Shown piece after piece: positions 12,780 through 26,855 of a DNA stretch of 64,000 nt. The notes below the pieces were generated by a model. That model was not told the origin of the DNA and ran no database searches. It was given only the letters and a program-made list of their open reading frames with translations. Every line of letters begins with the position of its first letter. Position 1 is the stretch's first letter. The position numbers and the translations under genes are program-made. The DNA comes from Mustelus asterias (lineage: Eukaryota), in the NCBI RefSeq assembly GCF_964213995.1, contig NW_027590139.1:1178001-1242000 (forward strand), in the 5' to 3' direction.

Positions 12780-13185
12780 ATAAGACATAGGAGCAGAATT
12801 GGGCCACTCGGCCCATTGAATCTGCTCCACCATTCAATCATGGCTGATATTTTTCTGATCCCCATTCTCCTACCTTTTCCCCATAACCCCTGATCTGCTT
12901 ATTAATCAACAACCTATCTATCTCTATCTTAAAGACACTCAATGACCTGGCCTCCACAGCCTTCTGCGGCAAAGAGTTCCACAGATTCACCACTCTCTGG
13001 CTGAAGAAATTCCTCCTCATCTCTGTTTTAAAGGATCGTCCCTTTCGTCTGAGGTTGTGCCCTCTGGTTCTAGTTTTTCCTACTCGTGGAAACATCCTCT
13101 CCACGTCCACTCTGTCCAGGCCTCGCCGTATCCTGTAAGTTTCAATAAATTCCTCCTCAACCTTCTAAACTCCAACGAGTACAAA
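12780..13185 (-). mobile_element. CR1 LINE 3' end
   Basis: RTRGHNLR..RRNFFSQRVVNLWNSLP, with cctatgtcttat tail. Confidence 0.9.
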
Positions 13186-13369
13186 AGCCTTGTAACCGCT
13201 TCATGTAAGTACTCTGGGATGCAACCTCTCACACTGAATATGTACATGACCCATAAACTTCTCTCGGCTGCAAACGTGAGGTGCAGCCTGGGAGTGGGTG
13301 AAGCTGTTTGAAAATCTATTGTTCATTGTTGGTATGCATTAGGACCCGATGGGTGCATTAGGACCCGGT

Positions 13370-14745
13370 GGGAGCAGAAACACAAAGACCCGCCCACTCA
13401 CGGTTGCGTCACCAAGACACCAACGCGTGCGCTCTGCTCCCCGCTGAATCAAGATGGCGGCCGTTAACCTGAGCTTCGTCTCGGGAAAAAGACCTGAAGC
13501 TGCAAACACGGGACCTACGGGCTCATATTCGAGGTTTGAGGCCTTCACCAGATATTTACAAACCCTCTACGTCCATCCGCCGGTTCCATTGTTCCCTCTA
13601 TGTTTCTGCATCCTTACCGGCTGCTGATGAGACAGAGGAACTTCTCTCCAATTGCTGTCACCCATAAGGCGAACGCCGTTGCTTACTGCGCATGTGCATC
13701 TCTCCCATGCAAAGAATAGAGAACTCTTCCTATTGGTCCGGGCCCTCATTCAGTGCGATTGGTTGGAGGACCAGCCGCTCCCGCTCGGTCCTCCAGTCCC
13801 GCCCCTCATTCACTCCGATTGGTTGGGTGACCAGCCCCGCCCCCTCTTCCTATTGGTCCGGAGCTGCCGTCAATCAATCCCCGGGCATTGTGATGTGGAG
13901 CATGCGCTGTGTCATTGCTGGCCTTGGCGCTTGTTTGTCCCGGAGAAGCGGAGTCCATAAGACCATAAGACATCGGAGCTGAAGTAAGGCCATTCGGCCC
14001 ATCGAGTCCACTCCACCATTCAATCATGGTTGATTTCAACTCCATTTACCCGCTCTCTCCCCATAGCCCTTAATTCCTCGAGAATTCAAGAATTTATCAA
14101 TCTCTGTCTTGAAGACGCGTTAGGCGGTGGCTGGGAGGATTTGGAAACACTTTGTGGATCCGCAAACCCTTCAGAATCATTGTCAGCTCCCTGGTTTGCA
14201 GCTGCGGGGCTTCTCCCTCCCTCCCTCCCGGGAACAGGCCCAGGTTAACGGCCCCATCCTGGCTCAGCCACTGGAGGATGGTTCACATCAGAGGATGGGG
14301 GAGGGGGACAATAAGAAATCTTAGAAACCCTACAGCACAGAAAGAGGCCATTCAGCCCATCGAGTCTGCACCGACGACAATCCCACCCAGGCCCTACCCC
14401 CATATCCCTACATGTTTACCCACTAATCCCTCTAACCTACGCATCCCAGGACACTAAGGGGCAATTTTAGCATGGCCAATCAACCTAACCCGCACATCTT
14501 TGGACTGTGGGAGGAAACCGGAGCACCCGGAGGAAACCCACACAGACACGAGGAGAATGTGCAAAATAAATAAGAGGTTACACTTTGGCCTCAAATCAAT
14601 GAGGACTCTGATCTCTGGGAAGGAAGGAAACCCTGGGAGGTGGGCGGGGAGGATTCACAAACACCCGCTGGAGGCCCTAACACCCCCAATAAGAGCCATT
14701 GGTTTTATTGTCAGTCTGCAGACAGGAGCTGGAGAACTGAATCCA
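13370..14745. promoter_or_regulatory. CpG-rich ZNF promoter/first-exon module (paralog of 49510-50090 and 61500-62355)
   Basis: YY1 AAGATGGCGGCC 13451-13462, actgcgcatg, GC/CCAAT boxes; near-identical to the other copies apart from a CR1 tail (13958-14115) and a V-SINE (14315-14565). Confidence 0.7.
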
Positions 14746-15075
14746 TGATGTGGAGATGCCGGCGTTGACTGGGGTAAAGACAGTAAGAAGTTTAACAACA
14801 CCAGGTTAATGTCCAACAGGTTTATTTGGTCGCAAATGCCACTAGCTTTTGGAGCGCTGCCCCTTCGTCAGGTGGAGTGGAGAAATGCTCACAAACAGGG
14901 CATACAGAGACACAAACTCAATTTACAGAATAATGATTGGAATGCAGTCTTTACAGATAATCAAGTCTTAAAGGTGCAAACAGTGTGAATGGAGGGAGCA
15001 TTAAGCACAGGTTAAAGAGATGTGTATTGTCTCTAGACAGGACAGCCAGTGAGATTCTGCAAGTCCAGACAAGCT
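14746..15075 (-). mobile_element. Penelope terminal fragment
   Basis: tgatgtggagatgccggcgttg..acaacaccaggtt..; hammerhead with G12>A change. Confidence 0.85.
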
Positions 15076-15077
15076 GT

Positions 15078-15265
15078 TCGGGTCAATGCGCCTAACCAGC
15101 ACGTCTTTCAGAATGTGGGAGGAAACCAGAGCACCCGGAGGAAACCCACGCAGACACGGGGAGAACGTGCAAACTCCACACAGACAGTGACCCAAGCCGG
15201 GAATCAAATCTGGGTCCCTGGCGCTGTGAAGCAGCAGTGCTAACCACTGTGCTACCGTGCCTCCC
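15078..15265 (-). mobile_element. HE1/V-SINE-like SINE, 5' part
   Basis: Minus strand ggcacggtagcacagtggttagcactgctg head. Confidence 0.85.
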
Positions 15266-15384
15266 AAAACATTAAATCTGTTTCTCTCGCCAGAGGTGCT
15301 GTCAGACCCGCTGTGTTTTTACAGCACTTCCTGTTTGTATTTATGAGTTCAGGAGTCAGGCCAGAAGGAAATTTAAAGACAGTT

Positions 15385-15525
15385 TGGCCCGGTGGGCGAA
15401 TGGAAGAGAGGGAAGGAGCAGAGGCAGCTGATCAGATTGTCTCAATCTTGGTGACAAAGAAACTCCATGAGCTCCTCACACTTGTTGTTGGAGGTGAGGA
15501 TGGAGGAGACGGGAGAGGGGGAAGC
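15385..15525 (-). mobile_element. L2-like LINE fragment
   Basis: Frameshifted NKCEELME/FFVTKIETI..SAAS; similar L2-like pieces at ~21810-22130 and 60420-60800. Confidence 0.5.
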
Positions 15526-15717
15526 CCTTCAAATGGAACTAACATGTTTGAGGTATTAAAAGCATTCATCACACTGTGTTGAACATAAAGCTTGTGTATT
15601 TGAGTTCCACCCAAAATATAAACCTTCCAACTGGGCTAGGATTTATCAGCAGAAACAGACACCAATGAAAATAGTCAGGACCTTGATGTGATTAAGAGCA
15701 AACTCCAGTCCTTGCAG

Positions 15718-16755
15718 TCATTCGTGAACACGCTGGTGTTTCAGCAGGTGAGGTGACTGAGTGAATCCCTTCCCACACACGGAGCAGGTGAATGGCCTGT
15801 CCCCAGTGTGAATTCGCTGGTGCTTTACCAGGTTGGATGATTGACTGAATCTCTTACCACAATCAGACCAGGTGAATGGTCTCTCCCCGGTGTGAACTCG
15901 CTGGTGTCTCTGCAGGGTGGATGAATCAATAAATCCCTTCCCACAACTGGAGCAAGTGAATGGCCTCTCCCCAGTGTGAACTCGCTGGTGTTTCAACAAG
16001 ATGAATGACTGACTGAAGCCCTTCCCACACTCAGAGCAGGTGAACGGCCTCTCTCCGGTGTGACCTCGCTGGTGTTTTAGGAGGTTGAATGATTGAGTGA
16101 ATCTCTTCCCACACTCGGAGCAGATAAATGGCCTCTCCCCGTTATGAATTCTCTGGTGTTTCAGCAGGTAGGATGAATCAGTGAATCTCTTTCCACACTC
16201 AGAGCAGGTGAACGGCCTCTCTCCAGTGTGAACTCGCTGGTGTTTCAGCAGGATAGAAGAGGTAGGGAATCCCTTCCCACAGTCAGAGCATCTGAATGGT
16301 CTCTCTCTAGTGTGAACTCTCTGGTGTGTCAGCAGGATTGATGAGGTAGCGAATCCCTTCCCACACTCATGACAGTTGAATGGCCTCTCCCCAGTGTGAA
16401 CCCACCGGTGTTTCAGCAGATGGGATGAACAAATGAATCCCATCCCACACTTGGAGCAGGTGAACGGTCTCTCCCCAGTGTGAACTCGCCGGTGTGTCAA
16501 CAAGATGGATGAGGTAGTGAATCCCTTCCCACACTCAGAGCAGGTGAATGGTCTCTCTCCAGTGTGATTGTGTCGATGAGTTTTCAGTTCAGATGGAAAT
16601 CTGAATCTCTTCCCACAGTCTCCACATTTCCATTGTTTCTCCCTGTTGTGACTGCATTTATGTTTCAACAGGCCAGATGATCGGCTGAATGTTCGTCCAC
16701 ACACACAACACGTGTACGGTTTCTCTCCACTGTTAACCGTGCTTTCCCCTTCCAT
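15718..16755 (-). CDS. C2H2 zinc-finger protein, 12 fingers (finger 11 has C>W)
   Basis: Open array from aacATGGaa at 16755; acceptor at ~16865. Confidence 0.85.
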   Translation of the reverse strand: MEGESTVNSGEKPYTCCVCGRTFSRSSGLLKHKCSHNREKQWKCGDCGKRFRFPSELKTHRHNHTGERPFTCSECGKGFTTSSILLTHRRVHTGERPFTCSKCGMGFICSSHLLKHRWVHTGERPFNCHECGKGFATSSILLTHQRVHTRERPFRCSDCGKGFPTSSILLKHQRVHTGERPFTCSECGKRFTDSSYLLKHQRIHNGERPFICSECGKRFTQSFNLLKHQRGHTGERPFTCSECGKGFSQSFILLKHQRVHTGERPFTCSSCGKGFIDSSTLQRHQRVHTGERPFTWSDCGKRFSQSSNLVKHQRIHTGDRPFTCSVCGKGFTQSPHLLKHQRVHE

Positions 16756-17399
16756 GTTCAAAACCCAATGATGTTCAGATTACACTAATTTAGGCGATAG
16801 TGTCAGATCCTGATGCGATGTTTGGTTTGAGTTTTCTCCCTTCCACTCCTGCACTTCTAATATCCTGTAAAAAAAAAGTCCAAAGTTAAAAATTGAAGCA
16901 AATATTTCTCTTGGTTTGAGTTTACTGTGTGTAAATCCTCCCCTTCTCACCCTCTGGAAAAGGAGACTCCAAAATCCATCAATGTCAGTCCAGGTTAGAA
17001 ATTCACATTTTCTCACAGGGACAGTGATAACCGTGCCTGTGTCCTGAGATGACAGCCATTAACCCAAGTCTATCAGTGTTTCTCCTTCACTATTTCATGT
17101 GATGTGGGTTTTATTGCCAAAACCAGCATTTATTTCCTGCCCCTGAGGAGGGCAGTTAGAGACTGAATCGCATGTTGACAAGTCTATGGAGAGACAGCAG
17201 ATTCCCATGAATAAACAGGATGGGTTTTTTAAATTGTTCACAGCTGTAATGGTTACTCAAGTGAAATTATATTCCAGATTTTCCAGCGTTTTGTGAATTC
17301 TATTTAAATCTCCCCCAGCTCCATGATGGGACTTGAACCCCTGTCCCCAGAACATTAGGCTGTGTCACTGATATTACCACCACCTCCCCGATTGTAGAG

Positions 17400-17680
17400 G
17401 TGCTGCAATTACCCCCCGGGTCGGTGCAAACTCGGGCCCGGGGGTTTCTTATTCCGGGTTTGAGGCCTCCTCCACTGGCTGTTTCTGAAGCCTCTGCACT
17501 CACTTCCCTGCCTCCCTGCAGCTCCAGCACCCACACTGCGCATGGGCCAGTCCGAATCCGCACAGCGCATGCTCCACTCAGAATCAGGTACTGCGCCTGC
17601 GCAAGCGGCTGCTATTGTGACAATACGGCACATTCTCTCTCGCTGCGAATGCTGGGTAAGAGGACCGCCATAGGAAGGAG
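17400..17680 (-). promoter_or_regulatory. CpG island promoter of ZNF 15718-16755
   Basis: Three NRF1-like sites (actgcgcatg, agcgcatgc, actgcgcctgcgca) and ZNF143-like ttacccagcattc on the minus strand at ~17647-17659. Confidence 0.65.
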
Positions 17681-18104
17681 ATAATGTTCAACACAAAATT
17701 GTATTTTGTCATCCAATTACAATCAGAACTATAGGGTTAATATATAAAATTATTAAACCAATTGATACATCTACCAATGTGCATGGTGGGATTGTTACTG
17801 GACGAGCATTCCAGAGACCCAGGGTCCTTTTAGAGTCTACCCCACTCTGTCGTAGGTTGCAGCAAGATATAGTTGGGTTGGTCACATGGGCAGAACAGTG
17901 GTAGACTTTGAAATATATCACCATTCCGTCACAGTCACTGGGTCAAAATCCTGGAATTCCCTCCCTTACCGCATTGTAGGTAAACCCACAGCACATATAC
18001 TGCAGCAATTCAAGAAGGTAGCTCACCACCACCTTCTCAAGGGCAACTAGGGATGGCCAGCGAGCGACGCCCATGTCCCACAAATGAATAAAAAAAATAT
18101 GGTA

Positions 18105-18875
18105 TTTAACCTTGATAAGTGCGAAGTGATGCACTTTGGAAGAAGCAACAAGACAGGAAATAATTAATGAAAGGAAGGACACGAGGTAAAATCAGAGGAG
18201 CTTGGGGTACTTATTCACTTCAGGTAGCAGAGCAGGCGAATAGAATAGATAAGAAGGCATATGAGACACTTGCTTTTATCAGTGGTGGCATACAGTATAA
18301 GAACATGGAGATAATGTTGGAGCTGTATAGAATGTTGGTTAGGCCACAGCTTGAGTACTGTGTGCAGTTCTGGTCACCTCACTATAGGAAGGGTGTGATT
18401 GCACTGGAGGGGGTACACAGGAGATTCACCAGGATGTTGCCTGGGATGGAACATTTGAGCTATAAGGAGACTGGATAGGTTTAGAGTGTTTAGAGCAGAG
18501 AAGGCTGAGGGGGACATGACTGTGGTGAATAAGATTATGAAGGATATGGACCGGGTGAGTAGAACCCTTGGTTGAGGGGGTCAAGCATGAGGGGACATAG
18601 CTTTAGGGTGCCAGACAAGAGATTCAGGGGGGAGTTGAGAAAAAAAAATCAGAGGGTGGTGGGAATCTGTAATAAACTGCCTGGGAAGGTAGTGGAGGCT
18701 GGAAACGTAACAACCGTTAAAAAGTATTTGGATGAGCACTTGAAATATTATAGCATTCAGATAAGGATATGGGACAAGTGCTGGAAAATAGGATTAGCAT
18801 GGGGTTTAGTGGTATCTATTGTTGGTGCAGACTCTATGGGTCGAAGGGTGTTTTCTGCACTGTATGACTATGACT
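18105..18875 (+). mobile_element. CR1 LINE 3' fragment
   Basis: LYRMLVRPQLEYCVQFWSPHYRK..; tatgactatgact tail. Confidence 0.9.
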
Positions 18876-20430
18876 GTAACTCTCGCTCAGTCTCTTTCAC
18901 TCTAACAGTCTCTGTCTGTGTCTCTATTTCCCTCTTTTGGTCTTTGTTCTATTTGCTCACTGTCTTTGTGCAACTAAATTTCACTGGATTGATTCCTGAG
19001 GTGAGGCGGTTGTCTTTGGAGGACATTCAGTGGGATGAGTCTGTCCTCTCTGAAATTCAGAATCATGAGAAGTGATACAATTGAAAAGAGAGAGGAAAGG
19101 ATCAGGAAAGCAGCAAACACTTTATGTTGTTCCAGGAAAAGTGGGTCTAGTGGTGTGGATGTCAGGTTTTACACAGCAGATGGTCAGCCTGTGGATTCAC
19201 CCAGGATGAAGAATCTCTGAATGATTCTACTCAAATCACCCGGAGAGGAACCTTTGAGACAAACCACCTAAGAAGCAGCAGCACATAAAGATATCCAAAC
19301 ACAGAGATCCAAACACACTCTCTCTCCCTGTCTCTTACACGGACATGGGCAAACATAGAGACACACCCACACCCAGACAGACATCTTCATTCATAGACAC
19401 ACACCCACACCCAGACAGACATCTTCATTCATAGACACACCCACACAGATAATTCCAGCCCTGTCATGTGGAGAATACAGCCCATTCTGACTAATACTGG
19501 AGATGAAATAACAGTGTCTTTACAAACCACAATGTTTGAGAAATTCAAGTAACCATTACCCTCCAGGGATTGTGAGCAGTTCTGATGACCCATTTCCACT
19601 CCTTTCTCTAAACTTGAGTCTATGTTGAACAACATCTGGGAGAGCAGCAATGACAAATCACGAACACTGAGCTGCCTCTTGTCAGCCTGGGTGAAGAGCC
19701 CTGCTGGGGGATAGTGTAAATTACAGAACAACATCCCAGGGGAATCAGTGTCTCTTGGTTCTGGAATTACAGAAGATGCTAATTCCCCTCACATTGATGG
19801 TCCAGTTAATGAAGAGAATTCTAAGATAGGTTTCAAGCATAAAGAATATAATGTTGTTTTGACTCTGTCATCCTGGCCTCATTCATTACTGCTCCAATGT
19901 CCTGGGAAATGTGCTGCACCACATCCAGCAGGTACCACAGACACTGTTCATCTTTTTCAAAATGTGGATTCGAATCCAGGTCCTCAGAACATTAGCTGGG
20001 TTTCTGGATTAATAGTCTATCGATAATACCATTAGGCATCACCTCCCCCAAATTTGTTCCCTTTAGAACAAAGAAGCTTAAATGGAGATTTCATGGATCT
20101 GTTCAAGATTATGGGGGTGGGGACGGGTGGTTTGATAGAGCAGACCGGGAGAAACTGTTCCACTGATGCGGGTCAGTAACCAGAGGACTGGGATTGAAGA
20201 TAATTAAAGAAAGACAGACTGGCATTAATATCGCACATTTCCCAACCAGCAGGAATCACAATGGGATCATTGTTAAAATGAAGGCTGAATGGCCGAATGC
20301 TGCTCCTACGGCTTATGGTCTATTCCTTAGTTCCCTCGAAACGGGGATAATCCCAGCCTCCCAAATGAAGATGCAGTCATTCAAAAATTAAAGCAAAGTT
20401 GATTTTTTTTATTTTGAACCCAGAATACTA

Positions 20431-21455
<1,025 letters not shown>

Positions 21456-22269
21456 GTTCAAAATCCAATGATACGCATATTACGATAAATTGGGCGACTC
21501 TGTCAGATCTTGATGTGATGTTTGGTTTCAGTTTTCCGACTGCAAATCCTCACCTTTGAATATGCTGTGAAATTGATTTAAAAAAGAAAAAAAGAGAGTG
21601 AGAGAGAACCCACAAAAACACAAAGGCAGGTTGTGAAATTGAGCTGAATGAATCTGGTAATTTGTGGGGCCGGCACTGGGAAAAAGAGACCAAGAAAACT
21701 GATGGATTGTCATAAAAACCCAACTGGTTCACTAATGTCCTTCAGGGAAGGGAACCTTTGAGCCAGTCTGAACCTATACAAGACCAGAGCTTCAAGGTGA
21801 AGAGGCAGCGGATGGGCGGGATTAAGAGATGTGGGAGGAGAAGAGGTGAAGGAAAGGATACATCTACAACCAGACAGAAACCCCCAAACCCTCATCTTCC
21901 ACCATTTAGAAAGACCAGGTTCACAGGTGAATGTGAACATCATCACCTCAAAGTCACACAGCATCGCGACTGGACTGAGATCCTGTCCTGGATTAGGAGA
22001 AGTTTCCTCCATTTAAAGAGTGAGAAACATGAAACGATTGTCTTCAGTTCACGATACAAACTCCACCCCGTGGACACTGACACCATCCCACTCTGGTGCT
22101 GAAGCAGGCTGTTTACAACCAGGTTCAAATATTTATTTTCTAAATCTGACTTTGCAGGGTCGACAAGGCCGTTTCCCGTGTCAAGGCCTATGCCTGGTCT
22201 GTGGGTGGAGAAGTACTAGTTGGGTACAACTGAGTGGCTTGCTGTGCCACATCAGTGGGAATTTAAGAT

Positions 22270-22640
22270 TCAACCAGGGAGCTGACAATGATTCTGAAGG
22301 GTTTGCGGATCCACAAAGTGTTTCCAAATCCTCCCAGCCACCGCCTAACGCTGACTCCGCTTCTCCGGGACAAACAAGCGCCAAGGACAGCAATGACACT
22401 GCGCATGCTCCACATCACAATGCCCGGGCACTGATTGACGGCAGCTCCGGACCAATAGGAAGAGGGGGCGAGGCTGGAGGACCGAGCGGGAGCGGCTGGT
22501 CCTCCAACCAATCGGAGTGAATGAGGGGCGGGACCTGAAGCATGCGCAGTGCGGGTAATGGCGACGGACGGTTTCCCTTTATCCAATTCCCGATGGGGAA
22601 CTTTAGAAAATTGAACACATCGACATCTGTGAGTAAAACA
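22270..22640. promoter_or_regulatory. Inverted copy of the ZNF promoter module; putative bidirectional promoter with + strand donor ct|gtgagt at 22629
   Basis: Reverse complement of ~49510-49790; lies between divergent ZNF loci 20610-21455 (-) and 24310-25110 (+). Confidence 0.6.
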
Positions 22641-22789
22641 CTTCCTTTTCTCCCCCTTTCCATTTCTTCTCTCATTCTGGGGGAAATTGGGGACTTGCAG
22701 CAACTGAAGGGAAAGGAAGTGAATCCAGGGAGGCTGCAGACTCTGGAAAGGTTGGCCCAGGTCTGTCTGTCTCTCTCTTAAACCAGAAA

Positions 22790-23985
22790 ATGATCCATTT
22801 CTGCCCACTGTTTGCTGTTAGCCAATCTTCTATCCACGCCAATATGTTATCCCCGCAGCATGAATTTTTATTTGCTGCAATAACCTTTGATGTGGCACCT
22901 CATCAAATGTCTTCTGGAAATCTGAGTACAGCACATCCACCGGTTTCCCTTTATCCAATTCCCGATGGGGAATTTTAGAAAATTGAACAACACATCAACT
23001 ATCTCACTCTGTTAAGACCCGAGAATGAAGCCCAGCAGGACCCGAGGACTCATCAGCCCACAGCTCCAACAGTTTGCTGAGGACTACTTCCCTGGGAATT
23101 GTGCTTTTTCAGAGTTCATCCCACACTTCTGTTTTCTGATTTCCAGCTGTTTCTGAGTTTTAACTGTGTCCTCTATTGTGAACACCGAGGCAAAATACTT
23201 GTTCAATTCATCTCCCAGCTCCTTATTTTTCATCATCAATTCCTGGACTCACTTTCTATTAGACAGTTAAGAAATGAGGTCGAGCAAGTGACTGAAGTGT
23301 CAGTCAGGGAGCACTATTGGGAGCACCAATAGTTTCAAAATAGTTCTGGAAAAAGATGGGACAGGTCCACAGGTCAAGGCCCTAAACAGGAGCAGGGCCA
23401 CTTTTGTGGGCATTAGGCAGGATCGAGCAGATGTCAATTCGGTGAGTTTGTTTGAAGGGAAAGGAATGACTGGCAAATGGGAGGTTTTAAAAGTGTGATA
23501 TCAAGAGTCCAGGGGCAGTATATTCCTGTTAAGATGAAGGGAAAGAATGGTAAATTTAGGGATCTCTGGCAGACAAGGGACATTGAGGCTCTGGTCAGGT
23601 AAAAGAAGGAAGCAGACATTGGGTTTAGGCAATTGGGGACAAGTGAATCACTCTGACTATAAAAAGTGTAAGAAAATACTGAAGAGGGAAATCAGGAGGA
23701 CAAAAAGAGGGTATGATATGGATCTGGCAGGTAAGATTAAAGACAATTCCAAGAGGTTCTATAGCTATATTAAGAGTAAAAGGGTGGCTAGAGAGAGAAT
23801 AGATCCCCTTAAAAATCAGTATGGCCATCTGTGTGTGGAGCCACAGGAGATGGGTGAGATTTTTAATGAATACTTCCCCTCTGTGTTTACTGCGGAGAGC
23901 ACCATGGGTGCTAAAGAAATAAGGGAAACAAGTGGTGATGTCTTGGGCACACGCATGCTACTTGGGAGGAGGTATCTGCAGCCTT
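22790..23985. mobile_element. CR1 fragments (minus 22790-23260, plus 23262-23985)
   Basis: KREIRRTKRGY..KIKDNSKRFYSYIKSKR..MGEIFNEYFPSVFT, CR1 ORF2 tether region. Confidence 0.8.
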
Positions 23986-24309
23986 ATAAAAGCAAATTAC
24001 TGCGGATGCTGGAATCTGAAACCAAGAGAGAAAATGCTGGAAAATCTCAGCAGGTCTGGCAGCCTCTGTAAGGAGAGAAAAGAGCTGATGTTTCTTGTCT
24101 AGATGACCCTTTGTCAAAGCTCTGAAACATCAATTCTTTTCTCTCCATACAGATGCTGCCAGACCTGCTGAGAATGGGGAGAGAGTGTGTGGGATGGAGA
24201 TTTACAGCTTTTGGGGAATGAGAGAGGAAAGAATGTTCCATAGAAATTGTCTGTTCTGAATTTCTATCCTGTACTGACACGGCTGACTTTTGTAAACTCA
24301 TTTTACAGG

Positions 24310-25110
24310 ATATTGAAAGAGGAATCACAGACCGAAATCTCAAACGTCACGTCTAGATCTGACAGAGTCATATTCCTTGGGAGCTGAATATCATCGGACT
24401 TTGAATCCAGAAGGAGAAATGATTGTCCAGTCTGTCGATTTGAAAAGATTTGAAATGTCAGTGTGAGTGAAAAAGCACCAACACACTGCCACACTTGAGT
24501 GAGTGTGTTCCAATGCTCTGACTAAAGAGCTTTAACCAGTTACACAGTCTGAATAAATATCACACCATTCACAGCGGGTAGAGACTGTAATCTTGTTCTG
24601 TGTGTGGACGAAGTTTCAACTAATTGTCCACCCAAGAGAGAGGTAAGGACACCTGCACCATGGAGAAACCATGAAAATGTGGGGACTGTGGGAAGGGATA
24701 CAGAGCCCCATTCCTGCTGGAAGCTCATCGGCGCAGCCACACTGGGGAGAAGCTGTTCATCTGCTCTCAGTGTGAGAAGGGATTTAATCAGTTCTCCAGC
24801 TTACGGATACACCAGCGAGTTCACACTGGGGAGAGACCATTCACCTGCTCTCAATGTGGGAAGGGATTCACTCAGTCATTCCACCTGCAGTCACATCACT
24901 CAGTTATCCCATTTACAAACACACCAGAGAGTTCACACTGGCGAGAGGCCATTCACCTGCTCTGTGTGTGGGAAGGGATTCAGTCTTTCATCCAACCTGC
25001 AGACACACCAGCGAGTTCACACTGGGGAGAGGCCGTTCACCTGCTCTCAGTGTGGGAAGAGTTTCAGCGTTTCATCCCAGCTGCTGAGACACCAGCAAGT
25101 TCACGAGTGA
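24310..25110 (+). pseudogene. C2H2 ZNF pseudogene
   Basis: ATG GAG AAA CCA TGA (W>stop) at 24660, internal finger deletion/frameshift; paralog of 27771-29216. Confidence 0.8.
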
Positions 25111-25412
25111 TTCCAGGGGTTGGATTCTGCTGTTATTGTTTCTGCTCTCAGTTGCATCCAGGACTGCATTTTGTTCATTCTCTCAGTTGGTCAATGGGAA
25201 GGGACAGAGGGTTTCTTTGTGCTGGACTGGCTGGTCTCAGCCTCCAGTGGGCTGATGCTCTTTGAGTCTTTTTGTGAATACCTGGTTTCAAATGTCACGA
25301 GGATCACAGAGTGACAGGGTGTTAGGAAGTTTAGAGATATTTAGTCAGAAGAAAACAGAGGTTGGCAGTGCAAAGGTACATTTCTGAATGGAGGGCTGTG
25401 ACAACTGACATT

Positions 25413-26430
25413 GTGTGGAGATGCCGGCGTTGGACTGGGGTGAACACAGTAAGAAGTCTCACAACACCAGGTTAAAGTCCAACAGGTTTATTTGGTAGCA
25501 AATACCATAAGCTTTCGGAGCACTGCTCCTTCGTCAGATGGAGTGGAAATGTGCGTTCAAACAGTGCAAACAGACAGAATCAAGTTGCAGAATACTAATT
25601 GGAATGCGAATCCTACAGCCAGCCAGGTCTTAAATGTACAGACAATGTGGGTGGAGGGAGCATTAAACACAGGTTAAAGAGATGTGTATTGTCTCCAGAC
25701 AGAACAGCTCGTGAAATTCTGCAAGTCCAGGAGGCAAGCTGTGGGGGTTACTGATAATGTGACATAAATCCAACATCCCGGTTTAGGCCGTCCTCATGTG
25801 TGCAGAACTTGGCTATCAGTTTCTGCTCAGCGACTCTGCGCTGTCGTGTGTCGTGAAGGCCGCCTTGGAGAACGCTTACCTGAAGATCCAAGGCTGAATG
25901 CCCGTGACTGCTGAAGTGCTCCCCCACAGGAAGAGAACAGTCTTGCCTGGTGATTGTTGAGCGGTGTTCATTCATCCATTGTCGTAGCGTCTGCATGGTT
26001 TCCCCAATGTACCATGCCTCGGGACATCCTTTCCTGCAGCGTATCAGGTAGACAATGTTGGCCGAGTTGCAAGAGTAGGTACCGTGTACCTGGTGGATGG
26101 TGTTCTCACGTGAGATGATGGCATCTGTGTCGATGATCCGGCATGTCTTGCAGAGGTTGCTGTGGCAGGGTTGTGTGGTGTCGTGGTCACTGTTCTCCTG
26201 AAGGCTGGGTAGTTTGCTGCGGACAATGGTCTGTTTGAGGTTGCGTGGTTGTTTGAAGGCAAGAAGTGGGGGTGTGGGGATGGCCTTGGCGAGATGTTTG
26301 TCTTCATCAATGACATGTTGAAGGCTCTGGAGGAGATGCCGTAGCTTCTCTGCTCTGGGGAAGTACTGGACGACGAAGAGTACTCTGTCCACCGTGTCCC
26401 GTGTTTGTCTTCTGAGGAGGTTGATGCGGT
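25413..26430 (-). mobile_element. Penelope-like (Neptune-type) retroelement 3' part: Cys motif, GIY-YIG endonuclease and pLTR
   Basis: ORF 25748-26392 CHSNLCKTC..NIVYLIRC..WYIGET..NEH..EHF..EQKLI..GLN. Confidence 0.9.
25505..25541 (-). ncRNA. Minimal type I hammerhead ribozyme (Penelope-associated)
   Basis: ccat-CTGACGA-a-ggagc(agt)gctcc-GAAA-gctt-atgg. Confidence 0.75.
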
Positions 26431-26459
26431 TTCAGGAGAACAGTGACCATGACACCACA

Positions 26460-26855
26460 CAACCCAACTCGACAGCCTAATCCTGCTTTTTCCCATAACC
26501 TTTGATCCCATTCGCCCCAAGTGCTTTATCCAGCCGCCTCTTGAATACATTCAATGTTTTGGCATCAACTACTTCCTGCGGTAATAAATTCGACAGGGTC
26601 ACTATTCTTTGGGTGAAGAAATGTCTCCTCACCTCCGTCCTAAATGGTCTACCCTGAATCCTCAGACTGTAACCCCGGGTTCTGGACTCCCATCGGGAAC
26701 ATCCTCCCTGTATCTATCGTGTCTAGACCTGTTAGAATTTTATAAGTCTCATTGAGATCCCCCCTCATTCATCTGAACTCCAATGAAAACAATCCTAACC
26801 TAGTCAGTCTCTCCTCCTACATCAGTCCTGCGATTCCCTGAATCAGCCTGGTAAA
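26460..26855 (-). mobile_element. CR1 LINE 3' fragment
   Basis: Minus strand aggagacatttcttcacccaaagaatagtg (RRHFFTQR), CR1 C-terminus. Confidence 0.75.

Noticed and set aside
22570-22997. ~55-bp direct duplication (22571-22620 and 22943-22997) and a 38-bp duplication at 19360-19440
   Set aside because: Small local duplications next to CR1 or simple repeats; no sign of function.
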